In this document: in pieces, positions 34,343 through 42,444 of the stretch
How positions within the stretch are numbered: position 1 is the stretch's first letter
How the letters are laid out: each line of letters begins with the position of its first letter
Assembly (NCBI GenBank): GCA_041481345.1
Contig: JBGPBQ010000002.1
Location: 1 to 45,850, forward strand
Reading direction: 5' to 3'
DNA from: Anaerolineae bacterium
GTDB lineage: Bacteria > Chloroflexota > Anaerolineae > Anaerolineales > UBA4823
Length of the DNA: 45,850 nt
Position numbers and translations under genes: made by a program
The notes under the pieces: model-generated
Databases searched by the model: none
What the model was told of the DNA's origin: nothing
What the model saw: only the letters and a program-made list of their open reading frames with translations

Positions 34343-35061
34343 ACTGAAATATTTTCAGGCTTCTGGGCTGCTCCTGAAACAGGTCTGGCAGCCGCTAATG
34401 GTTGGTCTGGTGAGGCGATAACATGGTCCAAATATGGATAAGTGTACCAGACGATTCCCAATCCAAACAGCATGCCAGTTAATAAGCGCATTAGTGAATT
34501 AAAAGTTCCAAACGTCTCACCTGAGTAGAAGGATAATGGGAATATGTGTTGAGTAATTGCAGCCAGCCACAAATTTCCATACCGGAAACCCTGCCCAATC
34601 CCCGCCAGGTCGCTTATGAAATGGCTGGTGCCGTCAATTGCCATAGGCAGCAGGAATAACGCCAGACCCCACCATGGAAACGGCTTGAGCTTACGACGCA
34701 GGGGCCACCATAACAACCCAAATATCCACAGGCTTGTGAACATAGACACCATCCGGTCAGACCAGGCCACTTTCCAGCCCATCTCCGGGCTGCCGATGAA
34801 CTGCCGTAGGATCGCCGGGTTGTTGGTCTGCTGCCAGGCGTTCTGGATATCGGTGAGTGAATACGTGAAATGGCTGCCGAAAAGGAAGTAGGAGCGTTCC
34901 GGCAGCTGATGGCACAGCCATGAATAGATGAAGTAGATCACTTTTGCCGCACCTTCCAGACCAGCGTGCATCAGGACGGGTGCCAGTAAGGGTAAGCATG
35001 CGTACACTCCCAACACAACCGTCAGGGGAATGATCCAATATCGACGGAGAAATATGCTCAA
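34339..35061 (-). CDS. DUF2085-family membrane protein
   Basis: CHQLPERSYF motif and multiple TM helices. Its stop overlaps the regulator start (ATGA). Confidence 0.7.
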   Translation of the reverse strand: MSIFLRRYWIIPLTVVLGVYACLPLLAPVLMHAGLEGAAKVIYFIYSWLCHQLPERSYFLFGSHFTYSLTDIQNAWQQTNNPAILRQFIGSPEMGWKVAWSDRMVSMFTSLWIFGLLWWPLRRKLKPFPWWGLALFLLPMAIDGTSHFISDLAGIGQGFRYGNLWLAAITQHIFPLSFYSGETFGTFNSLMRLLTGMLFGLGIVWYTYPYLDHVIASPDQPLAAARPVSGAAQKPENISV

Positions 35062-35127
35062 ATTGTTTTACCTTAAACCACGGAGCACCAAACTTTTTCT
35101 ATGGAAAATAAATTCATTTCTGGCAGG

Positions 35128-36147
35128 TTATTTAACCCCACAGCTCCCGCCGCCGCTGGGCGCTTGCTCGAGCAATCCATTCTGCGACAGATACTGGTGC
35201 ACGGCCTGGTATCCTGATATTGACGCATACTGGTAGCTCACCACCGTCTTGGCGTCCACCTGGGTGAAATCGCCTTTGTCGACAGATTTGAAGGCGGTAG
35301 CAATTTCCAACATTTGCTGTGGGTACCAAAAGGCGGTCACATATTTTGCAGCATCGAACATTTCAGCTGTGGATGCATCCTGCGAAGCCATGAGCTCCAG
35401 CAATCCCAACATCGCCATCCCATGGTTGCAGTCTGGGAAGTGGGTGGGGTTGTTGCAGCATGGCCGGTAAACCACAGAGGCCACATCCAGCAGCCTGGCT
35501 TGCTGTTCATCGGTTAGTGCCATGATTTTTGTGCTGGCATACAGCTCGGTCGGCTTTTTGACGCCCAGGGTCCACCCACCGGTGGAAGCAAATCCACCCA
35601 CCTGGTCTTTCCCGCCAGACATCATCGGTCCATCGGTGAGGATGGCGTTCTGGTTGGTCAACCCCAGCGCCCAGAAGAAATTCAGTAAAAAATAGGCATT
35701 CCCCGGCGTGAAAACGATGCTGGCCTTGGTCCCCTTTGACAGGATGGTTTTTTGGTCATCGGTCAGCGGTTGGTTTTGCTGCTGATACAGGCTGACGAAT
35801 TTGGCCATATCGATCGCCCCGGCAGCCACCAGCTGTGGACCGACATCACCAAACACAGCTGCCACTTTATAACCATCCGGTGGGTTGACCTCCTTCATGA
35901 GCGTCATCGCGTCTTGCTGACTTTGGGCTTGGCTTGTGGGAACAGCTGCATGCATCGACTGCCGCCCCATCATATATCCTCCTCCACCCCCGAGTGCAAA
36001 GACCACTAACAACACCAGCGCTTTGACAGCCACCCCTCGCCTCCGGTGGTCTGGTGGATTGGAGCCTGGATCATGATCAAGGGATGGATTATCAGCATTC
36101 GAGTGTTCCATTTGATCTGACATGTTCATTCTCCTTTGGTTTTTCAA
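35128..36147 (-). CDS. Membrane-anchored hypothetical protein with Cys/His motif
   Basis: Single TM VKALVLLVVFALGG, motif YRPCCNNPTHFPDCNHG, C-terminal GGGSCGVK. No family recognised. Confidence 0.5.
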   Translation of the reverse strand: MKNQRRMNMSDQMEHSNADNPSLDHDPGSNPPDHRRRGVAVKALVLLVVFALGGGGGYMMGRQSMHAAVPTSQAQSQQDAMTLMKEVNPPDGYKVAAVFGDVGPQLVAAGAIDMAKFVSLYQQQNQPLTDDQKTILSKGTKASIVFTPGNAYFLLNFFWALGLTNQNAILTDGPMMSGGKDQVGGFASTGGWTLGVKKPTELYASTKIMALTDEQQARLLDVASVVYRPCCNNPTHFPDCNHGMAMLGLLELMASQDASTAEMFDAAKYVTAFWYPQQMLEIATAFKSVDKGDFTQVDAKTVVSYQYASISGYQAVHQYLSQNGLLEQAPSGGGSCGVK

Positions 36148-36240
36148 GTTTGAGTTATAACGAAATGAGCTTCTGGATTACGGTTTTTCAAAATTTCGCT
36201 AGACATTATTGAGCACGAATGAGAGTATCTTGAAGCAATT

Positions 36241-36891
36241 TCAGGGGGATATCGTTGGCACAGGTATATCGCCGTACTCCTGCTGCAGCAGCTGGTCTAC
36301 CGATTGTTGTTCAGCGTTAAAAAAATCCTGGTCCATGCCAGCGTTCGTCAGGCTCACCTCGATCCTGCCCTGTTCACTGCTCAGGATCTGGCGGAATGCT
36401 TTGAGGTTGTAATAATCCGCCATTGCGACCGGCTTTCCCTGCTGGATCAGGCTGTACACCTTGTTATACTCCACCGCGATCGTGGTTACGTTCCTCCACG
36501 ACATGCCGAGCTCACTGGGAGGGATGGACTGGTTGTAGGCTTTAATCGCGATCGGGAAAGCGATCGTGTAAGGTTGACTGGCAGCTGTATCACTGCCGTT
36601 AATAGATCCCGCTTGGACGTCACCCAGGTATTCGATAATCAGATCTGCCGCCCGTTCGAGCAGCAGGATGGAGCGGTAGCTCATGACCAGCGGGGTTTCC
36701 GTCGGCTCGGGTTGAGTCGGCGGGGGTAATGTGGGGATCTCTACCCTGGGTGTGGATTCCGGTGAAGGGACTGCCAGAGTGGATGTCGATCCGACAGGAG
36801 TAATCGCCTGGAATGAGCATCCCGCCAGCGCCGACAAGGTGATCATAACCATCAGGCAACTGTAAAAATTAATCCTTCTGTACGGTGCCAT
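36241..36891 (-). CDS. Hypothetical lipoprotein
   Basis: Lipobox LSALAGCSF followed by a Pro/Thr-rich linker. Confidence 0.5.
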   Translation of the reverse strand: MAPYRRINFYSCLMVMITLSALAGCSFQAITPVGSTSTLAVPSPESTPRVEIPTLPPPTQPEPTETPLVMSYRSILLLERAADLIIEYLGDVQAGSINGSDTAASQPYTIAFPIAIKAYNQSIPPSELGMSWRNVTTIAVEYNKVYSLIQQGKPVAMADYYNLKAFRQILSSEQGRIEVSLTNAGMDQDFFNAEQQSVDQLLQQEYGDIPVPTISP

Positions 36892-36924
36892 ACGATCTTC
36901 CTTTCTTCCCAGCGGTGGTTATTT

Positions 36925-37353
36925 TCATCCATCACCAGGAGCCGGCAGCGAGTGGACCGGATCATTTCCTGCCATGGGCGAATGACATGCACCTGGGGTA
37001 GATTGGGCTTGGTTTGTAACTAAACGCCGCATGGCTGCTACTAGCTGGGGGTCTGCACGCTGCTGCGGAGTGTCCACCACCGAGAACCAGGTCTGCCCCT
37101 CGTACCCATGGGCGATCATCGCCAGGGGTTGCCGGTGATCCTGATACACCAACAGTATCACCATCTGGCAGTCGCATTGGTCGGTCCCATGGTGGGGGCA
37201 GGGACAAGACGTGTGGGTCTGGCGGGCTATCTGCAGGTCAAAGGTGCGCATCACCGATAGACCTGCCCGGCGCGCCTGCTCTGTCACCCAACCCACGGCT
37301 TCGTCACAGGGCTGATCCAGTAGTGTAAGAGCGGTATTATCGCTCATAATCAT
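36925..37353 (-). CDS. Cys/His-rich DUF302-like protein
   Basis: GLSVMRTFDLQ..., then the CPCPHHGTDQCDCQ cluster. The ATG at 37353 overlaps the stop of the upstream small ORF (ATGA). The track start at 37365 is TTG. Confidence 0.5.
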   Translation of the reverse strand: MIMSDNTALTLLDQPCDEAVGWVTEQARRAGLSVMRTFDLQIARQTHTSCPCPHHGTDQCDCQMVILLVYQDHRQPLAMIAHGYEGQTWFSVVDTPQQRADPQLVAAMRRLVTNQAQSTPGACHSPMAGNDPVHSLPAPGDG

Positions 37354-37499
37354 TTCGTTGGCCAACCTCGATCGTTCATCTCTTCCTGCAGTATTTGCAT
37401 AAAGCTCATGTTCTCACCGAGGCATCCTGAACCGTTGACAAGTGTTTCGACCCGCTCCAATTCATTCAGAATGTTTTCCCACGATGAAATAATTTGCAT
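37350..37499 (-). CDS. Small ORF (49 aa), possibly translationally coupled
   Basis: MQIISSWENILNELERVETLVNGSGCLGENMSFMQILQEEMNDRGWPTK. ATGA overlap with the next gene. No clear SD sequence. Confidence 0.3.
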   Translation of the reverse strand: MQIISSWENILNELERVETLVNGSGCLGENMSFMQILQEEMNDRGWPTK

Positions 37500-37519
37500 T
37501 GCACATCGCTGAAGAATGA

Positions 37520-38011
37520 TCAGGGTACCCAATTCGACAATACCGTCAAAGTCTTGTCGCCCCAGTTTGTATCATTGCTGGGCAGGTGTACGCGGAAGTC
37601 ATGCTTCCCATCCATACCTGCATGCATCATGAACTTCATGTCGAGGGTTGTGGTATCGCCAGGTTTAAGTGCCATCGAACCGATGGCAGGAGTAGGGGGT
37701 CAGCACCCCTCCGCGACATCGACATACGGGGTCTTGCTAAAGCGCAGTGTCTTGTCACCCACATTGGTCAGCGTGAACTTTACATCCACGGTCTGGCCCA
37801 GCTTGACGTCGCCCAGGTCCACTTTCTCCTGGCTCACCTTCAGACTCGGCGACCCGGTGACCATGATGGCTGCTTTAGATTGGGATGGCTTTCTGAAGGC
37901 GAAGAATATGCCGGTGATCAGCAGCAGGCCGCCTGCCAACAGCAGGATCATCGGCCATTGCTGTTTTCTCTTCCTGTTTTTGAGGGTTTTGTTTTGTTTA
38001 TGTTGGCTCAT
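37520..38011 (-). CDS. DUF1573-domain membrane-anchored protein with an in-frame TGA (selenocysteine candidate or nonsense mutation)
   Basis: 103 codons, then TGA (37700-37702), then 59 more in-frame codons to TGA at 37520-37522. Reads VDLGDVKLGQTVDVKFTLTNVGDKTLRF...VAEGC[TGA]PPTPAIGSMALKPGDTTTLDMKF...HDFRVHLPSNDTNWGDKTLTVLSN. The downstream part completes the DUF1573 fold. The TGA falls at the position of the conserved CGC motif. Confidence 0.6.
37671..37687 (-). other. SECIS-like hairpin 12 nt downstream of the in-frame UGA
   Basis: The mRNA reads UGA CCCCCUACUCCU GCCAUCG-GUU-CGAUGGC. This is a perfect 7-bp stem whose apical loop starts with GU, 19 nt from the UGA. Confidence 0.4.
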
Positions 38012-39006
38012 GGTGTAACCTCCGAATTAAATTGGAATGTCCATAAATAAGCGATTAATTCCCAGGTTTGGTCTTCAGTAAATATCGCCCCCCATGCGGG
38101 CATGCCCGTCCCCATACCGCCACGGATGATCTTTCCCTGCAGGTGGGCCGGGCTGGCGGAAAGCATCGTCGCTGGGTCGGTGAAGTTCGCTGGTCGCTGG
38201 GTATGCTCACCCGTATTTTGGTTTGAAGCTGTATTGGCAGAGCCTGCAGCTAATTGGTCAGCGAAAACCCCATCCCCGCCGCCCTTCTCTCCATGGCAGG
38301 CGGCGCAGTTGGCTGAATAAATTTCCTTGCCGGCTTGGACCTGTTCTGGGGTGGTGTTGGATTTCCACACCCACGCCACCAGGTCCCAAACTTCCTGTTC
38401 AGACAGGTCTTTATACGATTGGTCAGACCTGAGTGCTGACCATAAGTCCAGCGGGGTATGGGAGAGGTAATAATCGCGGTTTAAATATGTTACCGGCACG
38501 CTGAGGTTGAGCAACGCCCCGCGCCAGGCAGCGGGTATACCCACTGGGGTGACTGCGGCTTTGTGAGCTGTGTCGATATCCAGCCCCAGCGAGACGTACA
38601 ATGGCGGCTTGGCCGGTTCTGTCTTCGCAGGCGGGTCGGTGACTTCGATCGTACCGCGCATGCGCCAGTGGTTCAGGCTGCACCAGCGTGTGCAGTAAAA
38701 GGTATATTTGCCTGGTTTGGTGAACACCAGTGTGATGTCGGTCATTTCACCCGGGTTGATTTCCACGGCGGGCTGGTTGAGCTGGCCGACGGCGAATCCG
38801 TGCGATACATCATCCGAAGTCAGCCGCAGATGAAGCGGTTCACCCACTGCCACAGTCAGATTTTCAGGGGTCCACCCACCTTTCTCCGCCATGCGGGCAT
38901 GTATCACGATTCCGTTTGAGCCGTGCACGGTTTTGATCACCGGGATGGAAATCACCGCTGCCAGCCCCAGAATGACGATACCGCGTGCGATCCATTCTTT
39001 AATCAT
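38008..39006 (-). CDS. CuA-type cupredoxin domain fused to a mono-heme cytochrome c, membrane-anchored
   Basis: The full CuA ligand pattern is H-x35-C-x3-C-x3-H-x2-M (SHGFAV...FYCTRWCSLNHWRM). C-terminal CAACHGEKGGGDG heme site with distal MPAWG. One N-terminal TM helix. Confidence 0.8.
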   Translation of the reverse strand: MIKEWIARGIVILGLAAVISIPVIKTVHGSNGIVIHARMAEKGGWTPENLTVAVGEPLHLRLTSDDVSHGFAVGQLNQPAVEINPGEMTDITLVFTKPGKYTFYCTRWCSLNHWRMRGTIEVTDPPAKTEPAKPPLYVSLGLDIDTAHKAAVTPVGIPAAWRGALLNLSVPVTYLNRDYYLSHTPLDLWSALRSDQSYKDLSEQEVWDLVAWVWKSNTTPEQVQAGKEIYSANCAACHGEKGGGDGVFADQLAAGSANTASNQNTGEHTQRPANFTDPATMLSASPAHLQGKIIRGGMGTGMPAWGAIFTEDQTWELIAYLWTFQFNSEVTP

Positions 39007-39009
39007 CGT

Positions 39010-40434
39010 CTACCCTGCCAGCAGCCATAAGAATGCGCCTGCATACACCAGGTAAAATGCCAATAGCGGATAATTGGTTGGGCGGCTTATCTTCTCGTCT
39101 GTTGTCGAAAGCTTCCGGGTCACCCGAGCCGACCAGAACACACTCACCACCAGCAAGAACACCTGCAGCAATAGGCTGATCTGCGAAACATCCAGGCCCC
39201 CACCACTGCTGGCGCCCAGGAGCTTCCAACCCCATCCGAATGGATCGTTGATTACACCTACGACGAAGTTAAGCTTGGGGAGCGCGAAGGAGATGGTGAA
39301 CGCCATCCAGGCCAATAATCCCAGCGGCAGCAGCCCCTGCGCTTCCTGGGCAATCAACCGCCTCAGCGGCAGGCTGCTGTGACTGATTTTTTTCCAAGCA
39401 GCAACACACATGGCGAAGATTCCGGGCAGCACCAGCAGGTTAAGCGCCAGGAAGCTTGCCGCATACACCAGCCAAGCCTGCGATCCGATATTGTATGCAC
39501 TCATCTTCAGCCAACCCCACGGTCCAAGGAAGACCGCCGAAAACACGAGCGCCGAGCCCAGCATGATTAACGCCAGAAAGGTTTCATCCAGCCGGGTTGA
39601 TTGGACGGGTCGTGCCAGGTCGGTCCCGTACGGGCGCAGGTTTAACGCCAGGTTATCTTTCGGGCACGCCCGCAGGCATTCCATGCATAGCCCGCAGGTC
39701 GAGCTGTCCTTCATCGCCAGCGGGTACACACCCCACGGGCACGCCCGGTAGCAGGATTTATCTCCATGTTGGGCGCATACTTCCTTATCGATCACCTTCA
39801 CTTCAACCGGGGCTGCCTTGGAATACATCCCGCTGAAACCACCAATCGGACAAATATAGCTGCAAAACGCACGGTGCTCGAACACCAGGCTCATCCCGAC
39901 CGCCAGCGCGAACAGCGCCAGCAGCACCCAGCCTGTGACTTGCGGGTCGGTGAGAGTGATGGCGCTGAACATGCCGATCAGCAGGAACCCGCCGGATTGA
40001 AGCCATGAACCTCGGAGTGCCTTGGGCCATTTTAGATGTAGCCCCAGCCTGCGTTTACCCTTTTCCATGATTCCACCCTGCTGCAGCCATTCTCCCGGCA
40101 GCGGGATGGGGCAGATGCTGCACCACGAACGCCCGCCCAGGGGGATGAACCCCAGCTTGAGCGTCGTCCACCAGGCAATCCACACCATGATAATAGCGAA
40201 ATTATGGCTTCCAACTCGCGAGCCCAGCAGGGCAACCACAATGGTGAACAAGAAACCCATCAACATGACCACCCGCAGGAGGAATTGCGGCCATGGGTTT
40301 GCAAGCGCTGCTTGCAGCCAGGGTATGCGGTATAAGTTGAGCTGTGTAGGAAGTGTGCGCGTCTTCACGGGCTGCGGCACCGCAACGTCTATGGTTGCTT
40401 TTTCTGTCCAGGGGAATTCCTGCAGTCGGGTCAT
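39010..40434 (-). CDS. Polytopic membrane 4Fe-4S polyferredoxin (NapH/MauN/CcoG-like)
   Basis: CSICPIP and CSYICPIGG motifs, CYRACPWG and CGLCMECLRACPKDN cluster motifs, and at least 8 hydrophobic segments. The ATG at 40434 overlaps the upstream stop (ATGA). The track start at 40494 is not needed. Confidence 0.8.
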   Translation of the reverse strand: MTRLQEFPWTEKATIDVAVPQPVKTRTLPTQLNLYRIPWLQAALANPWPQFLLRVVMLMGFLFTIVVALLGSRVGSHNFAIIMVWIAWWTTLKLGFIPLGGRSWCSICPIPLPGEWLQQGGIMEKGKRRLGLHLKWPKALRGSWLQSGGFLLIGMFSAITLTDPQVTGWVLLALFALAVGMSLVFEHRAFCSYICPIGGFSGMYSKAAPVEVKVIDKEVCAQHGDKSCYRACPWGVYPLAMKDSSTCGLCMECLRACPKDNLALNLRPYGTDLARPVQSTRLDETFLALIMLGSALVFSAVFLGPWGWLKMSAYNIGSQAWLVYAASFLALNLLVLPGIFAMCVAAWKKISHSSLPLRRLIAQEAQGLLPLGLLAWMAFTISFALPKLNFVVGVINDPFGWGWKLLGASSGGGLDVSQISLLLQVFLLVVSVFWSARVTRKLSTTDEKISRPTNYPLLAFYLVYAGAFLWLLAG

Positions 40435-40874
40435 CTTCGTCCCTTCCACACACCCGCGAAGAGTGCCAGCCCAACCAAAGCCATTGCCCGCCATAACAAT
40501 GTGTTTTGCCCCACCTCAAGCTTTCCGGTCATGAAGGGGTGCATGTTCCCACAGGTCACCGTGCAGTGAAAGCGGAACGTACCACTTCGGTCTGCAGTAA
40601 ACGTGATGCGCGCCGTCTTACCGGGGTCCGCTGTGGTTTGCAGGTCATACCCATCGATGGCCAGCCCGTGAACCACATCTGTGGCCACCAGCTCGATTGT
40701 CACGCGGTCACCCGGATTAACCTTTACGACTGCCGGGGAGTATTCAAATCTGCTGGCTTCAACTCGAAAAGTACGTTCAGTCGGCGCGGCTGCTCCTGCT
40801 GGAACGGGTATGAAGATGACCGCTACTGCCAGCCCGGCGAGGATAACCCAATGCCACCAATGGTTTAATTTCAT
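40431..40874 (-). CDS. CuA-type cupredoxin-domain protein with N- and C-terminal hydrophobic segments
   Basis: H-x34-C-x3-C-x3-H-x2-M (VVHGLAI...FHCTVTCGNMHPFM), which is exactly the CuA ligand spacing. Confidence 0.75.
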   Translation of the reverse strand: MKLNHWWHWVILAGLAVAVIFIPVPAGAAAPTERTFRVEASRFEYSPAVVKVNPGDRVTIELVATDVVHGLAIDGYDLQTTADPGKTARITFTADRSGTFRFHCTVTCGNMHPFMTGKLEVGQNTLLWRAMALVGLALFAGVWKGRR

Positions 40875-40891
40875 GCTTGAAAATTTACAGA

Positions 40892-41338
40892 TTACGGCAT
40901 GTTGGAAGGACCATACTGAGAGTAGGTCTGGTCGATATACGTTTTGATCTCGGGAGGGGCCTTACCCTGCTTGGATAATCTCATCACGTCCTGGGTAATA
41001 TCCACGCAGATGGAACAACCAAGAGCGTGTGAATCATAGGCTATCCGCCCGTTCGCGTCCGCGCCGGAGACATAGCAGGAGTAATTCGAGGTATGCCCGA
41101 TGTCACCACACCCGCAGTAGCATGGGATCTGTTTCATCATATCCGGGTTGGCAGCTGCGTACTGGTAGGCCTGCTGGACAACCGGCGGGGCGGACTTCAC
41201 TCCATCCGGCATGCCATCCATCGATGCCATCGGCAGGTTGCCCAGCCCGGAAGAGGCGCTGCTGCAGCCGGATAAAACCACTAAAAATATTGGGGAAATT
41301 ATCAGTAGAGAAATTACCTTTACCAGGGTTGATTTCAA
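40892..41338 (-). CDS. PCYCGC-motif lipoprotein
   Basis: A TTG at 41338 lies 8 nt after GGAGG and gives MKSTLVKVISLLIISPIFLVVLSGCSS (lipobox). Motifs IPCYCGCGDIGHTSNYSCY and GCSICVD. The track start at 41431 adds an unlikely Arg-rich extension. Confidence 0.7.
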   Translation of the reverse strand: MKSTLVKVISLLIISPIFLVVLSGCSSASSGLGNLPMASMDGMPDGVKSAPPVVQQAYQYAAANPDMMKQIPCYCGCGDIGHTSNYSCYVSGADANGRIAYDSHALGCSICVDITQDVMRLSKQGKAPPEIKTYIDQTYSQYGPSNMP

Positions 41339-41419
41339 TCCAGGTACCTCCGTTATTTGGGGATCTTCAGGGATTATACGGGCACGATCGGCTCGGGATG
41401 AGCGCCATCTGACGGGTGC

Positions 41420-41445
41420 GCCTATAGGCATAATTGCCTATATGG
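41420..41445. promoter_or_regulatory. Palindromic operator candidate upstream of the PCYCGC/cupredoxin operon
   Basis: Self-complementary GCCTATAGGC (41420-41429), then TGCCTATATGG (41435-41445), 80-110 nt upstream of the TTG start. Confidence 0.3.
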
Positions 41446-41652
41446 AATTAAGGCCTCTTGAGTAAACCTACAGTGAATTTATCGGGCTTTTAAGGTGATT
41501 AATTGCTGATCCATCAGAGACTGCGAGGATAATGTCCTATAAATTATAAAAAATGGAATAGACTATAAGGTTCGGTTGTGATTGAAGGGGAATAGGTCGA
41601 TGCTAAATTTAATATCAGTGACTGAGCGCGGGTCTCATCACCGTTGGATCTT

Positions 41653-42444
41653 TTAAAACCACTTATCCAGGTTCTCCAGCCACTTGCGCACCGACTTGGG
41701 CGATTTCAAAACATAATCACCCCCGGTCGAGCGGATATAGCCGAAATACTGCGCCACTGAGATCGCCACACCATCATTGGCATGGATGGTCTGGAACGCT
41801 TCGGCATCATTATTGTCATCCCCAACGTAAACCAGGCGTGCTTCCTGCATGGGGAAGCTGTTCAGCAGGAAGGTGACCGCCTTGCCTTTGTGCGCCTTGG
41901 CTGAGCTGATCTCCAGGAATTTTTTCTGCTTGATCAGGCGGTATTCATCGGTGATCATGTCCTGGTCCAGGCTCTGCTGGATGGTGGAGATCACGTGTGT
42001 GGCTTCCTTCTCAGGGGCGAAGCGTGCGTGCAGCGCCAGTGACCAGCCCTTGTCCTCCAGGTAGTAACCTTTGCGCCCGTCAATGATCTCTTCCCAATGC
42101 GGTTTTAACCGTTCCAGGTAGGGGCGGACCAACGCATAATCCTCCCGATGGATCCGTTCTCCCTCCGGTGTTAGCACCTCGATGCCGTAAGTGCCGGCGA
42201 TGAAGATCCCCTCGACCGGCAACAGCGCCTGGAGGTCCTTTAACCGCCTCCCGCTGACAATCGCTACTCGAATCCTGCTTTTCCCGGCCAGCCGTTTGAT
42301 CAGCTCGATGACTTTTGGATCTGGCTTGATGATATCGGGTGTGCGGGTGAATTCCACCAATGTCCCATCATAATCGAGGAACAGCCATAACCTTTCAGCT
42401 GCAGACACCCATGCATTCAGCTCAATTTCAGACGCAAACTTCAA
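41653..42444 (-). CDS. otsB: Trehalose-6-phosphate phosphatase (HAD family)
   Basis: FLDYDGTLV, SGRRL and GDDNNDAEAF motifs. Confidence 0.85.
   Translation of the reverse strand: MKFASEIELNAWVSAAERLWLFLDYDGTLVEFTRTPDIIKPDPKVIELIKRLAGKSRIRVAIVSGRRLKDLQALLPVEGIFIAGTYGIEVLTPEGERIHREDYALVRPYLERLKPHWEEIIDGRKGYYLEDKGWSLALHARFAPEKEATHVISTIQQSLDQDMITDEYRLIKQKKFLEISSAKAHKGKAVTFLLNSFPMQEARLVYVGDDNNDAEAFQTIHANDGVAISVAQYFGYIRSTGGDYVLKSPKSVRKWLENLDKWF

Noticed and set aside
37494-38050. Plus-strand ORFs of 174 and 154 aa
   Set aside because: They are antisense to the DUF1573 gene and the start of the cupredoxin-cytochrome c gene, and they have no recognisable motifs.
40022-40534. 170-aa plus-strand ORF and other ORFs overlapping the polyferredoxin gene
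   Set aside because: They are shadow ORFs opposite a gene with clear Fe-S cluster motifs and TM helices.
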